From contig CBDCXV010000010.1 in NCBI GenBank assembly GCA_965223905.1, positions 192,001 to 256,000 of the forward strand: DNA of 64,000 nt, read 5' to 3'. The position numbers and the translations under genes are program-made. This DNA comes from Candidatus Latescibacterota bacterium. GTDB lineage: Bacteria > Latescibacterota > UBA2968 > UBA8231. Within the stretch, counting starts at the first letter, position 1, and every line of letters starts with the position of its first letter. Positions 50,085-64,000 of this stretch are shown here, one piece after another. The notes below the pieces were generated by a model. The model had not been told where the DNA came from and searched no databases. It saw nothing but the letters and a program-made list of their open reading frames with translations.

Positions 50085-53021
50085 CTGAGAAGAGAGAAAG
50101 ACATCGACCGCAAAAAGCTCATAGAAGTCGCCCTGCCCCTCGACGCCATCAACGCCGCGTCGGCGCGGGAGAAGTCGATCCGGCACGGGCACCCGAGCAC
50201 CCTGCATCTCTGGTGGGCGCGCCGGCCCCTGGCCGCGGCGCGGGCGGTGATCTTCGCGCAGATGGTGGACGATCCCTCGGCCTGCCCCGAGGAGTTCCCC
50301 ACGGAGGCGGACCAGAAGCAGGAGCGCGAGCGGCTGTTCCGCCTCATCGAGGAGCTGGTCCGCTGGGAGAACACCACCAACGAGAAGGTGCTGGAACGGG
50401 CGCGGGCGGAGATCCGCAGGAGCTGGCGCCGCACCTGCGCCGACAATGGCGGGCATCCGCGCGCCGCCGAGCTGTTCGACCCGGACAGGCTGCCGGCCTT
50501 TCACGATCCCTTCGCAGGCGGCGGCGCCCTGCCGCTGGAGGCGCAGCGCCTGGGGCTGGAAGCCCATGCCAGCGATCTCAACCCGGTGGCGGTGCTCATC
50601 AACAAGGCGATGATCGAGATCCCGCCGAAGTTCGCTGGCAGGCCGCCGGTCAACCCGGTAGCCCGGCCCGGAGGGTCGTCGGCCAAGGCGTCGCTGCTCG
50701 AGCGCGGCTGGACCGGCGCCCAGGGGCTCGCCGAGGACGTGCGCTACTACGGGCAGTGGATGCGCGACGAGGCGGAGCGGCGCATCGGACATCTGTATCC
50801 GCCGGTGGAGGTCACCGCGGAGATGGTGCGGGAGCGGCCCGACCTCAAGCAGTACCAGGGCCGCAAGCTGACGGTGATCGCCTGGCTGTGGGCGCGCACG
50901 GTGAAGAGTCCGAACCCGGCCTTCGCCGACGTCGAGGTGCCGCTGGCCGCGACTTTCATGCTGTCGACGAAGCGGGGAAAGGAGGCGTATGTCGAGCCGG
51001 CGATCGAGGGGCGCGGGTACCGGTTCGCGGTGAAGGTGGGGGAGCCGCCGGATGCCGAGGCGGCCAAGGCCGGGACCAAGTCTGGAGGAAGTGGCAAGCC
51101 ATTTCTCTGCCTCCTCTCGAGTACCCCCATGCCGTTTGAATACTTGCGGTCGGAGGCAAAATCCGGGCGGATGGGTGCCCGTTTGATGGCCATTGTCGCC
51201 GAAGGAGACCGAGGGCGCGTGTATCTGACGCCAACGGCGGAGCACGAGGCCATGGCAGAAGAGGCAGAACCGCAATGGACACCTGATACGAATTTACCGG
51301 AGCGGGCGCTGGGCTTTCGAGTACAGGAATACGGCATGATTATGTGGCGCGACCTTTTCACTCCCCGCCAACTCGTCGCCCTGACCACCTTCTCCGACTT
51401 GGTGGCGGAAGCGATGGAACAGGCCAAGCAGGATGCCGCCAGCCCCGACCCGAACGAGGACAGCATCGGCCTGAATGAGAACGGGGGTGGGACCACAGCC
51501 TATGCCGAGGCAGTGGCTGTGTATCTGGCGTTTGCTGTGGACAAGATGTCCGACCGGCACTCAATGTTGGGTAGGTGGGATCCGACTCCAACTGCTAGTG
51601 GCGTTATCAACACCTTTAGTCGCCAAGCATTACCGATGACCTGGGATTTCGCGGAAGGCAACCCGTTCAGTAAAGCATCAGGTAATTTCCACGGTGGGAC
51701 TGGTTGGATCGCCAAAGTTGTCGATATGTCACTCCCGGCCACTAGAGACGGTGTTGCAAGCAATCAGGATGCATCTGTTCAGAGTGTCTCAAGAGACAAA
51801 GTCGTTTCTACCGACCCGCCCTACTACGACAACATCGGATACGCCGACCTGTCAGATTTTTTCTACGTCTGGCTGCGCCGCTCGTTGAGATCAACTCTTC
51901 CTGGTCTCTTCGCAACGATGGCCGTCCCGAAGGCGGAAGAACTGGTCGCTACACCATACCGACATGGGAACATGGAAAAAGCGGAAGCATTCTTCCTCGA
52001 CGGCATGACCAAAGCGATGCTCCGCCTCGCCGAGCAGGCACACCCCGATTTCCCGGTTTCCATCTACTACGCCTTCAAGCAGTCCGAGACCAAGAGCGAC
52101 TCGGGGATTTCCAGTACCGGCTGGGAGACCTTCCTGGCTGCGGTAATCCAGTCAGGCTTTGCCATCACGGGCACATGGCCGATGCGTACCGAACTCGGCA
52201 ATCGTATGATTGGAATGGATACAAATGCCCTCGCCTCCAGCATCGTCCTCGTCTGCCGCCGGCGCCTGCAAGATGCACCCCTGGCCACCCGACGCGAGTT
52301 CGTCGCCGCCCTGAAGGCCGAGCTTCCCGCGGCCCTCGCGCATCTGCAATCCGGCAACATCGCCCCGGTCGATCTCGCCCAGGCCGCCATCGGCCCCGGA
52401 ATGGGGGTCTACACCCGCTACGCCAAGGTGCTCGACGCCCAGGGCAACCCCGTGTCCGTGCGCGACGCCCTGGCGCTGATCAACCATACCCTCGACGAGG
52501 TCCTGGCCGAGCAGGAAGGGGAGTTCGACGCCGACACGCGCTGGGCCCTGGCCTGGTTCGAGCAGCATGGCTTCAGCGCCGGCGAGTACGGCGTGGCCGA
52601 AACCCTGTCCACCGCGAAGAACACCAGCGTCGCCGGCATGGTGGAAGAGGGCATCTTGGAGTCAAAGGCCGGGGAAGTGCGGCTGCTGCGCCCCGAGGAG
52701 TTGCCCGAGGACTGGGACCCGGCCGCCGACCGCCGTCTTCCCGTCTGGGAAGTCGTCCACCACCTCGTGCGGGTTCTGGAGTCCGCCGGTGAAACCGGGG
52801 CCGCCCGCCTCGTCATGCAACTGGGCGGCGTCGCCGAAACCGCCCGCGAGCTGGCCTACCGACTGTACGCAATGTCCGAGCGCAAGAACCGCGCCGCCGA
52901 GGCGCTGTCCTACAACGCCCTGGTTCAGAGCTGGCCCGAGATCGCGCGCCTGGCGCAGCAGGAGGCGCCGGCCGAGCAGGGCGGGCTGTTCCGGGATGGC
53001 GAACTGGGAGGGACAATATGA
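50085..53021 (+). CDS. DUF1156 adenine-specific DNA methyltransferase (start uncertain)
   Basis: [25 protein letters not shown] (SAM binding), TDPPYYDN (catalytic). Confidence 0.9.
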   Translation: MRREKDIDRKKLIEVALPLDAINAASAREKSIRHGHPSTLHLWWARRPLAAARAVIFAQMVDDPSACPEEFPTEADQKQERERLFRLIEELVRWENTTNEKVLERARAEIRRSWRRTCADNGGHPRAAELFDPDRLPAFHDPFAGGGALPLEAQRLGLEAHASDLNPVAVLINKAMIEIPPKFAGRPPVNPVARPGGSSAKASLLERGWTGAQGLAEDVRYYGQWMRDEAERRIGHLYPPVEVTAEMVRERPDLKQYQGRKLTVIAWLWARTVKSPNPAFADVEVPLAATFMLSTKRGKEAYVEPAIEGRGYRFAVKVGEPPDAEAAKAGTKSGGSGKPFLCLLSSTPMPFEYLRSEAKSGRMGARLMAIVAEGDRGRVYLTPTAEHEAMAEEAEPQWTPDTNLPERALGFRVQEYGMIMWRDLFTPRQLVALTTFSDLVAEAMEQAKQDAASPDPNEDSIGLNENGGGTTAYAEAVAVYLAFAVDKMSDRHSMLGRWDPTPTASGVINTFSRQALPMTWDFAEGNPFSKASGNFHGGTGWIAKVVDMSLPATRDGVASNQDASVQSVSRDKVVSTDPPYYDNIGYADLSDFFYVWLRRSLRSTLPGLFATMAVPKAEELVATPYRHGNMEKAEAFFLDGMTKAMLRLAEQAHPDFPVSIYYAFKQSETKSDSGISSTGWETFLAAVIQSGFAITGTWPMRTELGNRMIGMDTNALASSIVLVCRRRLQDAPLATRREFVAALKAELPAALAHLQSGNIAPVDLAQAAIGPGMGVYTRYAKVLDAQGNPVSVRDALALINHTLDEVLAEQEGEFDADTRWALAWFEQHGFSAGEYGVAETLSTAKNTSVAGMVEEGILESKAGEVRLLRPEELPEDWDPAADRRLPVWEVVHHLVRVLESAGETGAARLVMQLGGVAETARELAYRLYAMSERKNRAAEALSYNALVQSWPEIARLAQQEAPAEQGGLFRDGELGGTI

Positions 53022-54191
53022 ACGGATTGTTATTTCCGAAGGGAGTAACCGGGTCTGGCACGTACATTTTCCCACGAATTTGACCCCCCTCAGTCCAGCC
53101 CTGTTTCTGGACGGAAAGTACAGCTTACTGTTCAGGAGATCGAGGACGCGGGGACACGTGAAGTCGTCCAAAGTCAAGGGCCGAAATTCGGCCCCTGGGA
53201 ATTCCTCGATACCCTGCTTCAACCTGGAACTCCTTTTTTTGTTTTCCGAGAGCCTCTCGGCCAAGCACGTGAAGTCAAGGTCGCTCTATTTGGGCTACTT
53301 GGCCGCTTCGTCGCCCGCGCCTATCTCCAACGATACTTCGGTCTCTCCATTTTCTACCATCCCAACCTTTCAAACCCCGAGCTCGATGGCAAGAGGCAAA
53401 TCAAAATCTGCAGGGTCAGAGATGGTGACCTCCCAGACTGGGTTGCCTGTGATTCCTCTTTCAATCTGTTCGTTGCCGAAGCCAAAGGGAGTCATGAATC
53501 GGGAAGGGCAACGCGAGTCCTCAACAGGGCCTGGAAGCAAACTGAGCGCATCGATGTCTTGGTGGGCGGAACCCGCGCTCCCGTCAAACGGCTGGCAATC
53601 GTAGCACGCTGGGGAATGGCCATGGGGGGGCCACGTGAGCCTTGGCTCAGGGTACAAGATCCCATCGACGAGGGCGATCCGCTTGGACCTGATGACCGGG
53701 GCGCGATTTTCGTGGGTCTATTCCGCCATCATGTTGCCAACATCATGTCGGGTCTCGGTCAGGCAGAACTTGCAGAGTTACTTCGTGACCTCACGAAGGA
53801 GGGCGTCCTGCGCAATGGTCAGGAAGAAGGGGCTAAACAAGAACAAGCGAAGGGCTTGGTGGACACAGCTGTAGAAGATTTTCATCGGCTCGCTGACGGT
53901 ATAGGAATACGGAGAGCTGACTTAATCGGCAGATTCGTCACTCGCGGTTCGCTGCTAATCGATGCTCCCAGCGTTTCGCGCGCCAATTTGGAAGTACTCT
54001 CTCGTCTCGGTCTGCGTCCTGTGGTGGTTGGTTTCGATAGTGAACTGGTGCGCCTCGCGGTCGAGGGCGATCCGTCATCCATTCGAGAGGCCCTTGCTGA
54101 TCACCAACGGCTTACAGTTGCGGACAGGGCGCGAAGCGACGGAGCGGGTTTCTGGATTATCCCCCTCGACGATGCAGCAGCACGCCCGTAG
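53018..54191 (+). CDS. Putative PD-(D/E)xK endonuclease; one frameshift near 53067
   Basis: Frame open from 53049 reads GDLPDWVAC...FVAEAKG; ATG 53018 overlaps the methylase stop in another frame. Confidence 0.6.
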
Positions 54192-54218
54192 AACACCAAC
54201 GGATAAGAGAACCAGCAA

Positions 54219-57534
<3,316 letters not shown>

Positions 57535-57683
57535 TCGACCGGAATCGCTCGGAGGTAGAGACAGCTCCGAATGAACCGCGCTTCCGACCCTCACCACCCA
57601 TTACGGCCCCTTCCCGTCGCCGTAGCCGCTTCAGTCCCTGTCATCCAAGGCCTCACCGCCTTGGGAGCTAACCCGGCCCCTTT

Positions 57684-57731
57684 GGTAGTGTCTCGTCGGG
57701 AAATTTGGGTAGTGTCTCATCGGGAAATTTG
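57684..57731. repeat. 24-bp tandem duplication
   Basis: ggtagtgtctc(g/a)tcgggaaatttg x2. Confidence 0.85.
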
Positions 57732-57810
57732 CCACCAGAGCAGGTGGGAGCCGTCATGAGGCGTCCGGCTCGACACATTAACTGATCCGAAAGAGAGGAA
57801 TCGATTCGCC

Positions 57811-58632
57811 ATGGCCATCGTGATGTTCACCAAGAGCGTCAAGGACCACACCGTTCCGCAGCTGATCGAGCTCGCCCACGAGCTAGGCCTCGAGGGGTAC
57901 GACCTCTGCGTGCGTCCGGAGTACCCGATCAACCCGGACAACGCCGCCACCGAGCTGGCCGGGGCGGTGCGCGCCCTCGGCGAGTACGGGCTCTCCGTCC
58001 CGATGGTCACCGGCAACTTCGACCTGCTGCTTCCCGACGACGAGACCGCGGAGCCGATCCTGGGGGCGATGGACGCCGCCAACGTGCGCATGCTGAAGCT
58101 CGGCTACTTCAAGTTCGATCCGCTGTCGCAGGAATACTGGACCGAGGTCGACCGCATCCGGACCGCCTTCGACGGCTGGAGCCGGCTGGCGCAAAAACAC
58201 GGGGTCAAGGTCTGCTACCACACCCACTCGCGCGGCTGCATGGGCCTCAACGCCGGCATGATGGCCCACCTCGTGCGCGACTTCGACCCTCGGCACATAG
58301 GGGTCTACCTCGACCCCTGCCACCTCGTGGTCGAAGGGGAGGAGTTCCCGACGGCGACCGCCATCGTCGGGGAATACCTGTCGATCCTCGGCCTCAAGGA
58401 CGCCCTGCTGGTGCGCGGGGAACGGAACGGCCACGGCAGCAAGCAGGTGCGCTGGGTGGAAGCGGGCCGCGGCATGGTCGACTGGACCGGCGTCTTCGCC
58501 GAGCTGGACCGCCTCGGTTTCGACGGCCCCCTGTCCGTGCACTGCGAGTTCGAGATCCCCGAGGACGGGTACAGGGCCGCCTTCGAACGGGAGGTGGCGT
58601 TCTTCCGCGAGGTGCGCGCCCCCCGGGCTTAA
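57811..58632 (+). CDS. Sugar phosphate isomerase/epimerase (xylose isomerase-like TIM barrel)
   Basis: DLCVRP, YHTH, DPCH, LKD, G.G.VDW, HCE. Confidence 0.85.
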   Translation: MAIVMFTKSVKDHTVPQLIELAHELGLEGYDLCVRPEYPINPDNAATELAGAVRALGEYGLSVPMVTGNFDLLLPDDETAEPILGAMDAANVRMLKLGYFKFDPLSQEYWTEVDRIRTAFDGWSRLAQKHGVKVCYHTHSRGCMGLNAGMMAHLVRDFDPRHIGVYLDPCHLVVEGEEFPTATAIVGEYLSILGLKDALLVRGERNGHGSKQVRWVEAGRGMVDWTGVFAELDRLGFDGPLSVHCEFEIPEDGYRAAFEREVAFFREVRAPRA

Positions 58633-58727
58633 CCTTCGGTCAGCCGCACGCGGCCGTCCTCGACCAGGCGGCAGATTCCCTGAGCCGACCTCGACGCCCT
58701 GCCGGTCAACCACCTGGTAAAGGTGCG

Positions 58728-59465
58728 TCAGGGAGAAGAAGGGACGCTGGTGGCGGTCGACTGACCCGCCTCTGGCTGGCGCCCCGACGCCTTCAGTCTC
58801 CTGAACAGCTCGAGATGCCTGGCCCCCTGCTCCTTCTTCCCCTGCTCGAGAAGCAGCCGTCCCAGCCGGTAGTGGGCGGAAGCATGGTCCGGGGACAGCT
58901 TCAGCGCCTTGGCGTAGAGCCCGGCGGCGCGCAGGCCGTTGCCCCGCTTTTCCGAGATCAGCCCGAGGCGGTAGTAGGAGGATCCGAAGTCGGGAACGAC
59001 CTCTATCGACTGCCGGTAGTAGCGCTCCGCCTCGTCGAGGAGGTTGCGGCGCTCGCTGATCACCCCGAGGTCGAAGTACGGCTTGGCCCTGCGCAGGCCG
59101 AGCTCGATCGCCCGTTTGTACGCCTTCTCGGCGCGGTCTCCGTCGGTCAGCAGCATGTAGGCCTTGCCCAGGTGCATGTAGAAGAGGCCGTTGTCCGGCT
59201 CCAGGGAGATCGCCCGGCGGATCGGCTCCAGCGCCTTGCCGGGCTCCAGCCGCAGGGCGTGGCAGAGCCCGAGCCTGGCATGGGCGTTGGCAAACCCGGG
59301 ATCCAGCTCGGTGGCGCGGCGGTACTCTCCGGCGGCGAGGAGGTAGCGGCCGGCGCGGAGGTGCGCCTGCCCGCGCTCGTAATGGCCGGCCGCCGACTCG
59401 GAGGAGCCGCAGCGGAGCAGCGAGGCGGCGAGGAGAAGTGGGGCCACTGCAAGGAGGGCTTTCAC
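58728..59465 (-). CDS. Exported TPR-repeat protein
   Basis: Signal/lipoprotein-like N-terminus (GTG 59465), about six TPR units. Confidence 0.8.
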   Translation of the reverse strand: MKALLAVAPLLLAASLLRCGSSESAAGHYERGQAHLRAGRYLLAAGEYRRATELDPGFANAHARLGLCHALRLEPGKALEPIRRAISLEPDNGLFYMHLGKAYMLLTDGDRAEKAYKRAIELGLRRAKPYFDLGVISERRNLLDEAERYYRQSIEVVPDFGSSYYRLGLISEKRGNGLRAAGLYAKALKLSPDHASAHYRLGRLLLEQGKKEQGARHLELFRRLKASGRQPEAGQSTATSVPSSP

Positions 59466-59765
59466 GCCGCCCACTCCCCTCGCCGGCCCGGGCGGCGTCC
59501 CGCAGGCTTCCCCCACCTTTCTGGTACAGGACTCGCCGAGCGCCCCGGACCGGCCAGAGTGGCGCCCCGCACGCCCCCCGGCCCTTCTCCGGCAGGGATC
59601 TCCGAGCCCCCCGCCACGGGCGGAACCCGGTTCGGGGCGGACCCGGGGACCGGCAGGAATTGCATTTCCGCAAATTCTCGGCTGGTCATGGCAGCAACAG
59701 TGTCGCGCCGAGCCGGCCGGGTCAAGACCGCCTCTCGCTGCCCTGAATCCGTAGATTTCGGGAAA

Positions 59766-60580
59766 ATGAACTTCGACAAGTCGATCGACCCGCATCGCCC
59801 GCTCTACCACTTCTCCCCGCCTCTCGGGTGGTGGGGCGGCGGTCCGGACGGGACCATCCATCACGACGGTGAGTACCACGTCTTCTACCAGTTCGACCCC
59901 TACATGGGCTCGACCTCCGGCAACGCCTCCTGGGGGCATGCGGTCAGCCGCGACCTCGTGCACTGGGAGCATCGCCCGGTCGCCATCGGACCCACTCCGT
60001 TCGGCGCCGGGCGCTACGCCGCCTTCGCCTGCTCGGACCTGGTGAAGAGCCTGGACCGCTCCCGCCTTCCCGCCATCCTCTACGACCGCGAGGTCTGCTT
60101 CAGCGGTTCCGCGGTGATCGACCGCGGCGTCCCCACCCCCGTCTACACCGGCATCCTTCCCGGCCTCCAGGACGCGCCTGTGATGCTGGGCAGGTCGCAG
60201 TGCATCGCCACCAGCGACGACGGCATGCAGCTCACCGCCTGGCACGACCCCCACGTCTGGCGCGAGGAGGAGACGTGGGTACATGGGACTGGGGTGCGGT
60301 TTTCTCGGCGTCGGGGGAGCCGTGCTGCTCTGCCGGTCCCCCGACCTGGTCTCGTGGGAATACATGCACCCCCTCTGCGTCGGCGCCGAACCGGGGTACA
60401 ACCGCTGGCTTGTTCCGGACTTCTTCCCGCTCGGGGACAGGCACGTGCTCCTCGCCACGGCCACCTCGCGAGGCCGCTCCGGCAAGGCGATCTACATGGT
60501 GGGCGAGTACCGCGACCACCGCTTCACCCCGGAAGTCGAGGGCTACCTCGACACGCACCCGATGGCCTGCTTCCCGCGAG
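59766..60580 (+). pseudogene. GH32 glycoside hydrolase remnant
   Basis: RPLYHF, WGHAVSRDLVHW, FSGSAV, HDPHVW, SPDLVSW across a frameshift; C-terminal domain absent. Confidence 0.7.
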
Positions 60581-60760
60581 CCTCAGGGTGTGGCGCAGGA
60601 GGTCGATCTTCTTTCCCCAGGAATGAGAGCCTGGCAACCGGCTCCCGCCGGGCATCGACGACACGGACCGGGCGAGTCACCCCCATCCAGAAAAGAGCAC
60701 GTCAGGCCGCGGGCCGTCCTTCCGTGCCTGGAACCGTCCCTGAACCTGCAATTGATCTCT

Positions 60761-60789
60761 ACCCATATAACCATATCCTTACCCATATG
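60761..60789 (+). promoter_or_regulatory. Probable antitoxin operator (three ccatat repeats)
   Basis: acccatataaccatatccttacccatatg directly at the antitoxin start. Confidence 0.45.
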
Positions 60790-61026
60790 AAGACGACGAT
60801 CGAGCTTCCCGATAATCTCCTGCGGGCAGCGAAGGCCATGGCGGTCCGCCGCGGCACCACTCTGAAGGCCATCATCACACACGCTCTCGAACGAGAGGTG
60901 CACGATGGCGCTTCAACGCCGGCGGTCTTCGAATTGGACGAAGACGGTTTGCCGCACCTTCCTCCACGGGGTGCCCGCGTGACCGCCGAAATCGTCGGCA
61001 GGCTGCTGGACGAGGAGGCCGGGTGA
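60787..61026 (+). CDS. VapB-like ribbon-helix-helix antitoxin
   Basis: MKTTIELPDNLLRAAK..A...G.TL; GTGA overlap with the PIN gene. Confidence 0.85.
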   Translation: MKTTIELPDNLLRAAKAMAVRRGTTLKAIITHALEREVHDGASTPAVFELDEDGLPHLPPRGARVTAEIVGRLLDEEAG

Positions 61027-61454
61027 ACCTGCTGGACGTGAATCTCCTCGTCGCCCTCTGCGACGCCGATCACGTCCACCATCGGCCGGCCGCGCAATGG
61101 TTCCGCGCACACAGGGCCGAAGGCTGGGCAACCTGCCCACTGACGGAGAACGGACTGCTGCGGGTCATGGGTCACCCCGGGTACCCGGGCGGGCCCGGGT
61201 CGCCTGAAAAGGTCCGGCTTCTGCTCCAGCGCCTGCGCTCGGTTCCCGGGCACCTGTTCCGGGAGGACAGCATCTCCGTGGCCGACAGTCGCACGCTGCC
61301 GTCACTGCAGGGCATCACCTCGAAGTAGCTCACCGACATCTACCTGCTTGCCCTGGCCGTCCATCGCGGCGGCGGTTTGGCAACCCTGGATTCTCACATC
61401 GATCCCTCACGAGTCCCCGGCGGGCACCGGACCCTGGTTCTGATCCAGCACTGA
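61023..61454 (+). pseudogene. vapC: VapC PIN toxin with premature TAG (61326-61328)
   Basis: LLDVNLLVAL, TCPLTENG.LR; continues in frame as *LTDIYLLALAV...LATLD. Confidence 0.85.
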
Positions 61455-61707
61455 TCTTTCTGCGCAAGCACCGGAGTTCCTGCCGGCACCTGCGGCTGGG
61501 AGGGGTACGCCTGCGCAATCGGGAAGGGGGCGGGACCAGGCCGTAAAGCCATGCAGAAGTGGCGGGCCAATGGTCCAAGCCGGCGCAGGGGCCGCAATGG
61601 ACGCTCCCGGCGGTCCCGGCCTATCTTGGGCCTGCACCGGTTCCCAGGCGAGCATCGCAGCTCCATCCGCCGCAATGCAGGCAGCCCCGAATCCCACAGG
61701 AAGCACC

Positions 61708-62082
61708 ATGGCACTGACCATCATCCGCACCGTCCGCCCCAGCCCCGAATGGCAGGATACCCTCATCCGCCTGCGCCAGGGACAGCGGGTGGTGATCGAC
61801 ACCGAGGAGGTCTGGTCGCCGGACATGCGCAACCAGACCGTATGGTGCGGGGCCGACGGGGTGTACAACCTCCCCGCGGACGAGGGGTACCTGATGCCCG
61901 GGGCCAACGTCGGCATGCTGATCGCCCGCGTCGGCGACGGGCCGCCCTTCGCCGTCGGCAGCCGGCACGACTTCCTCTGCGACCGCGACGGCCTGCTCCA
62001 CCTGGCGATGAACGAGAACCCCGAACACAACAACCAGGCCGGCAAGCTCTCCTCCCAGATCATCCTGTTCGGGGAAGAGTGA
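61708..62082 (+). CDS. Small LecA/PA-IL-like fold protein
   Basis: W.DT, GADG, P.ANVG.LIARVG..PF.VG, G.L.LAMNE...N..G pattern. Confidence 0.5.
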   Translation: MALTIIRTVRPSPEWQDTLIRLRQGQRVVIDTEEVWSPDMRNQTVWCGADGVYNLPADEGYLMPGANVGMLIARVGDGPPFAVGSRHDFLCDRDGLLHLAMNENPEHNNQAGKLSSQIILFGEE

Positions 62083-63187
62083 CCGCGACCGAGCTGTCAG
62101 CCGGGGTCTGGAGGGTCGACCTCAACGGCGGCCGCCGCGTCGTCGCCAAGCGCCAACCGTTTGCCGGCCTCACCCGGGGCCGGGCCGACGACCTGCTCGC
62201 CGTCGAGCAGCGGGTTCTGACCCTGCTGAAGGAGCGGAATTGTCCGGTGCCGCAGGTTGTCGGCGCCGATCCGGCCGCGGGCTTCATCTTCTTCGAGCAC
62301 CTGGGAGACGAAACCCTGGACGATGCCGTCCGCAGCGCCGGCCCCGACCGCCTCCAGCGGTTGCGGGAGCGGCTCGTCAGCGGATTCCTGCGGCTCGAGC
62401 AGGCCTTCGCCGACTGCCGGCGGGAGCTGGAGCAACACGTCTCTCCCGCTGCCTCCCGCGACCGGCTCCCGGCCGCCCTCGACCAGGCCCGCGACGGCGC
62501 CCGGGACGGTCTGCAGGGGCTCCTGCGCCGGTGCGGGCGGGCCTCCGGGGCTGATCTCCTTGAGCTCGAGGAACGGCTCGACGAGCTCTGCTCCCGGCTC
62601 GCCGGGGAGGAGGCGAGCCTCGGCAGCACCGACTACAACGCCCGCAACGTCGTCGTCGAACCCGGCAGCGACGCCGTCAGCTTCATCGAGTTCGCAAAGA
62701 TCGGCTGGGACTGGCCGGAGCGCCGGCTTGTTCAGTACGCCACCGGCCTGGGGGCGGGCGCGGAAGGGGGCTTCGCCGGCCTCCTCGACCGCACCGCGGC
62801 CGGCCAGTACGCGAGCTCCGCCCCCGGAGACCGGGCTTGCAGGGGGTTCGCCCTCGACGGCCACCACCTGCTCTTCCACCTCAACGCCGCGGCCAGGCTC
62901 TGCGGCGCCCTGGATCGTCCCGGCCTGGAGCCGAACCGCGCGCTTCTGAAGTCTGGCGGCAGCCGCGGCTGCGCCTGCGCCAGCTCTGCGAGGCCATCTC
63001 CTTCCCTCTCGGCGACGACTCCCTGGCCACCGGCTTCAGAAGCCGGTTCGCCAACCTCCTGTCCCGGGAATGGACCGGACACGATGCGGGCGGCCAACGG
63101 GTCCGGGGAACCCGGAGTGAAGAGGAACCAGTGAACGGACCGCCTGTTGTCACCCTCCCAACCCCTGATACAGGAGCGCAACCATGA
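62079..63187 (+). CDS. Aminoglycoside phosphotransferase/kinase-like protein; probable frameshift near 62945
   Basis: VVAKR, PVPQV, FEHLG, TDYNARN, FIEF kinase-like motifs. Confidence 0.6.
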
Positions 63188-63462
63188 GCGAATCGGACAA
63201 CCTCGACTTCAAACCCCGGGCCCGGGGACTCGTGATCGGCAGCATACCCTGGCTCGCCCGCATAGCGGACAAGGCGCGCGCCTGGCACGGCGGGCGCATC
63301 GGCGACTACGTCTTCCCGTGACCTGCCGACCAGCGCTTTCTGGAGGAAGCGGAGCTGCAGTCGGAGGAGTTTTCGGAGATGGTGCTGGCGAGCGCCGACG
63401 ACGACGAGTTGATCGCCAGAATGAAGGAACACCTCGGCGGGCGGACCGTTAAGGGTCCCTGA
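63184..63462 (+). CDS. DUF5069-like protein with in-frame TGA (codon 46), candidate selenoprotein
   Basis: caggag RBS; PWLARIADKARA...GDYVFP[TGA]PADQRFL...SADDDELIA; hairpin at 63331-63357. Confidence 0.75.
63331..63357 (+). promoter_or_regulatory. Putative bacterial SECIS hairpin
   Basis: cagc-gctttc-tgga-ggaagc-gga-gctg; apical loop 19 nt after the TGA, with G in loop position 2. Confidence 0.55.
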
Positions 63463-63471
63463 GCGCTGGCC

Positions 63472-64000
63472 GTGCTGGAGGACCGGATAGCCGTCGTCAC
63501 CGGGGCCGGCCAGGGGATCGGGCTGGGCGTCGCCCGAGCGCTGGCCGCCCAGGGGGCCTGCGTAGTCATCGGCGAACTGGTCCCGGAGCGCGGTGAAAAG
63601 GCCGCGGCCGGCATTGTAGCGGAAGGGTACCGCGCCGGGGCGATACAGCTCGACGTCAGCCGGCCGGAGTCCTGTTCCGCCCTCGTCGACGCCGTGCTGG
63701 GGGAGCACGGCCGCATCGACATCCTCGTCAACTGCGCCGGCATCTTCACCGCCCACCGGTCGGAGGAGTTCCCCGAGGAGGACTGGCGGCGGCAGATCGA
63801 CGTCCTGCTGAACGGCGTCTTCTTCACCACCCAGGAGGTGGTCCGCCGGGCCATGATCCCGCAGCAGTCCGGCAGCGTCGTCACCGTCGCCTCGATCGGC
63901 GGCATGGGCGGGTGGCCGATGCGGGCGGCCTACAACGCCGCCAAGGCCGGGGTCATCGTGCTCAACGAGGTGCTGGCGTCCGAGTGGGCACGGCACGGCA
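63472..64000 (+). CDS. SDR oxidoreductase (runs off window)
   Basis: VTGAGQGIG, DILVNCAG, YNAAK. Confidence 0.85.
   Translation, partial: MLEDRIAVVTGAGQGIGLGVARALAAQGACVVIGELVPERGEKAAAGIVAEGYRAGAIQLDVSRPESCSALVDAVLGEHGRIDILVNCAGIFTAHRSEEFPEEDWRRQIDVLLNGVFFTTQEVVRRAMIPQQSGSVVTVASIGGMGGWPMRAAYNAAKAGVIVLNEVLASEWARHG

Overview
High-GC bacterial chromosome segment. The backbone is rich in small-molecule and carbohydrate metabolism genes: nine PhyH-family Fe/2OG dioxygenases, amidohydrolases, SDR/MDR/Gfo oxidoreductases, sialidase-like and GH-like proteins. Together with two large secreted proteins ending in a FlgD-Ig/'PNPFN...VRKMTLLR' module, this suggests an FCB-group organism such as a Latescibacterota-like or sponge-associated lineage (inference). 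Three accessory regions interrupt the backbone. (1) ~13060-18914 is a lower-GC block with an ISKra4-family IS nested in an IS1380 remnant, followed by a large secreted Vps62/NPP1-like + beta-helix + TPR protein. (2) 40612-45588 is a ~5 kb island bounded by a perfect 49-bp direct repeat of an amidohydrolase 3' end. It carries a translationally coupled operon: an unusual reverse transcriptase (WVDD), a coiled-coil/4TM protein, and a P-loop kinase fused to a Cas4/RecB-like nuclease, preceded by a hairpin-dense leader. This is the best candidate for an undescribed RT-based defence system. (3) ~49675-57731 is a DUF1156 methylase / PD-(D/E)xK nuclease / HEPN-DUF499 ATPase restriction-like locus. Near the end, a DUF5069-like gene has an in-frame TGA at the family Cys position followed by a SECIS-like hairpin, making it a candidate selenoprotein. 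Several genes carry single-base frameshifts, which could be real decay or assembly error. Family calls are from motif recognition only; no searches were run.
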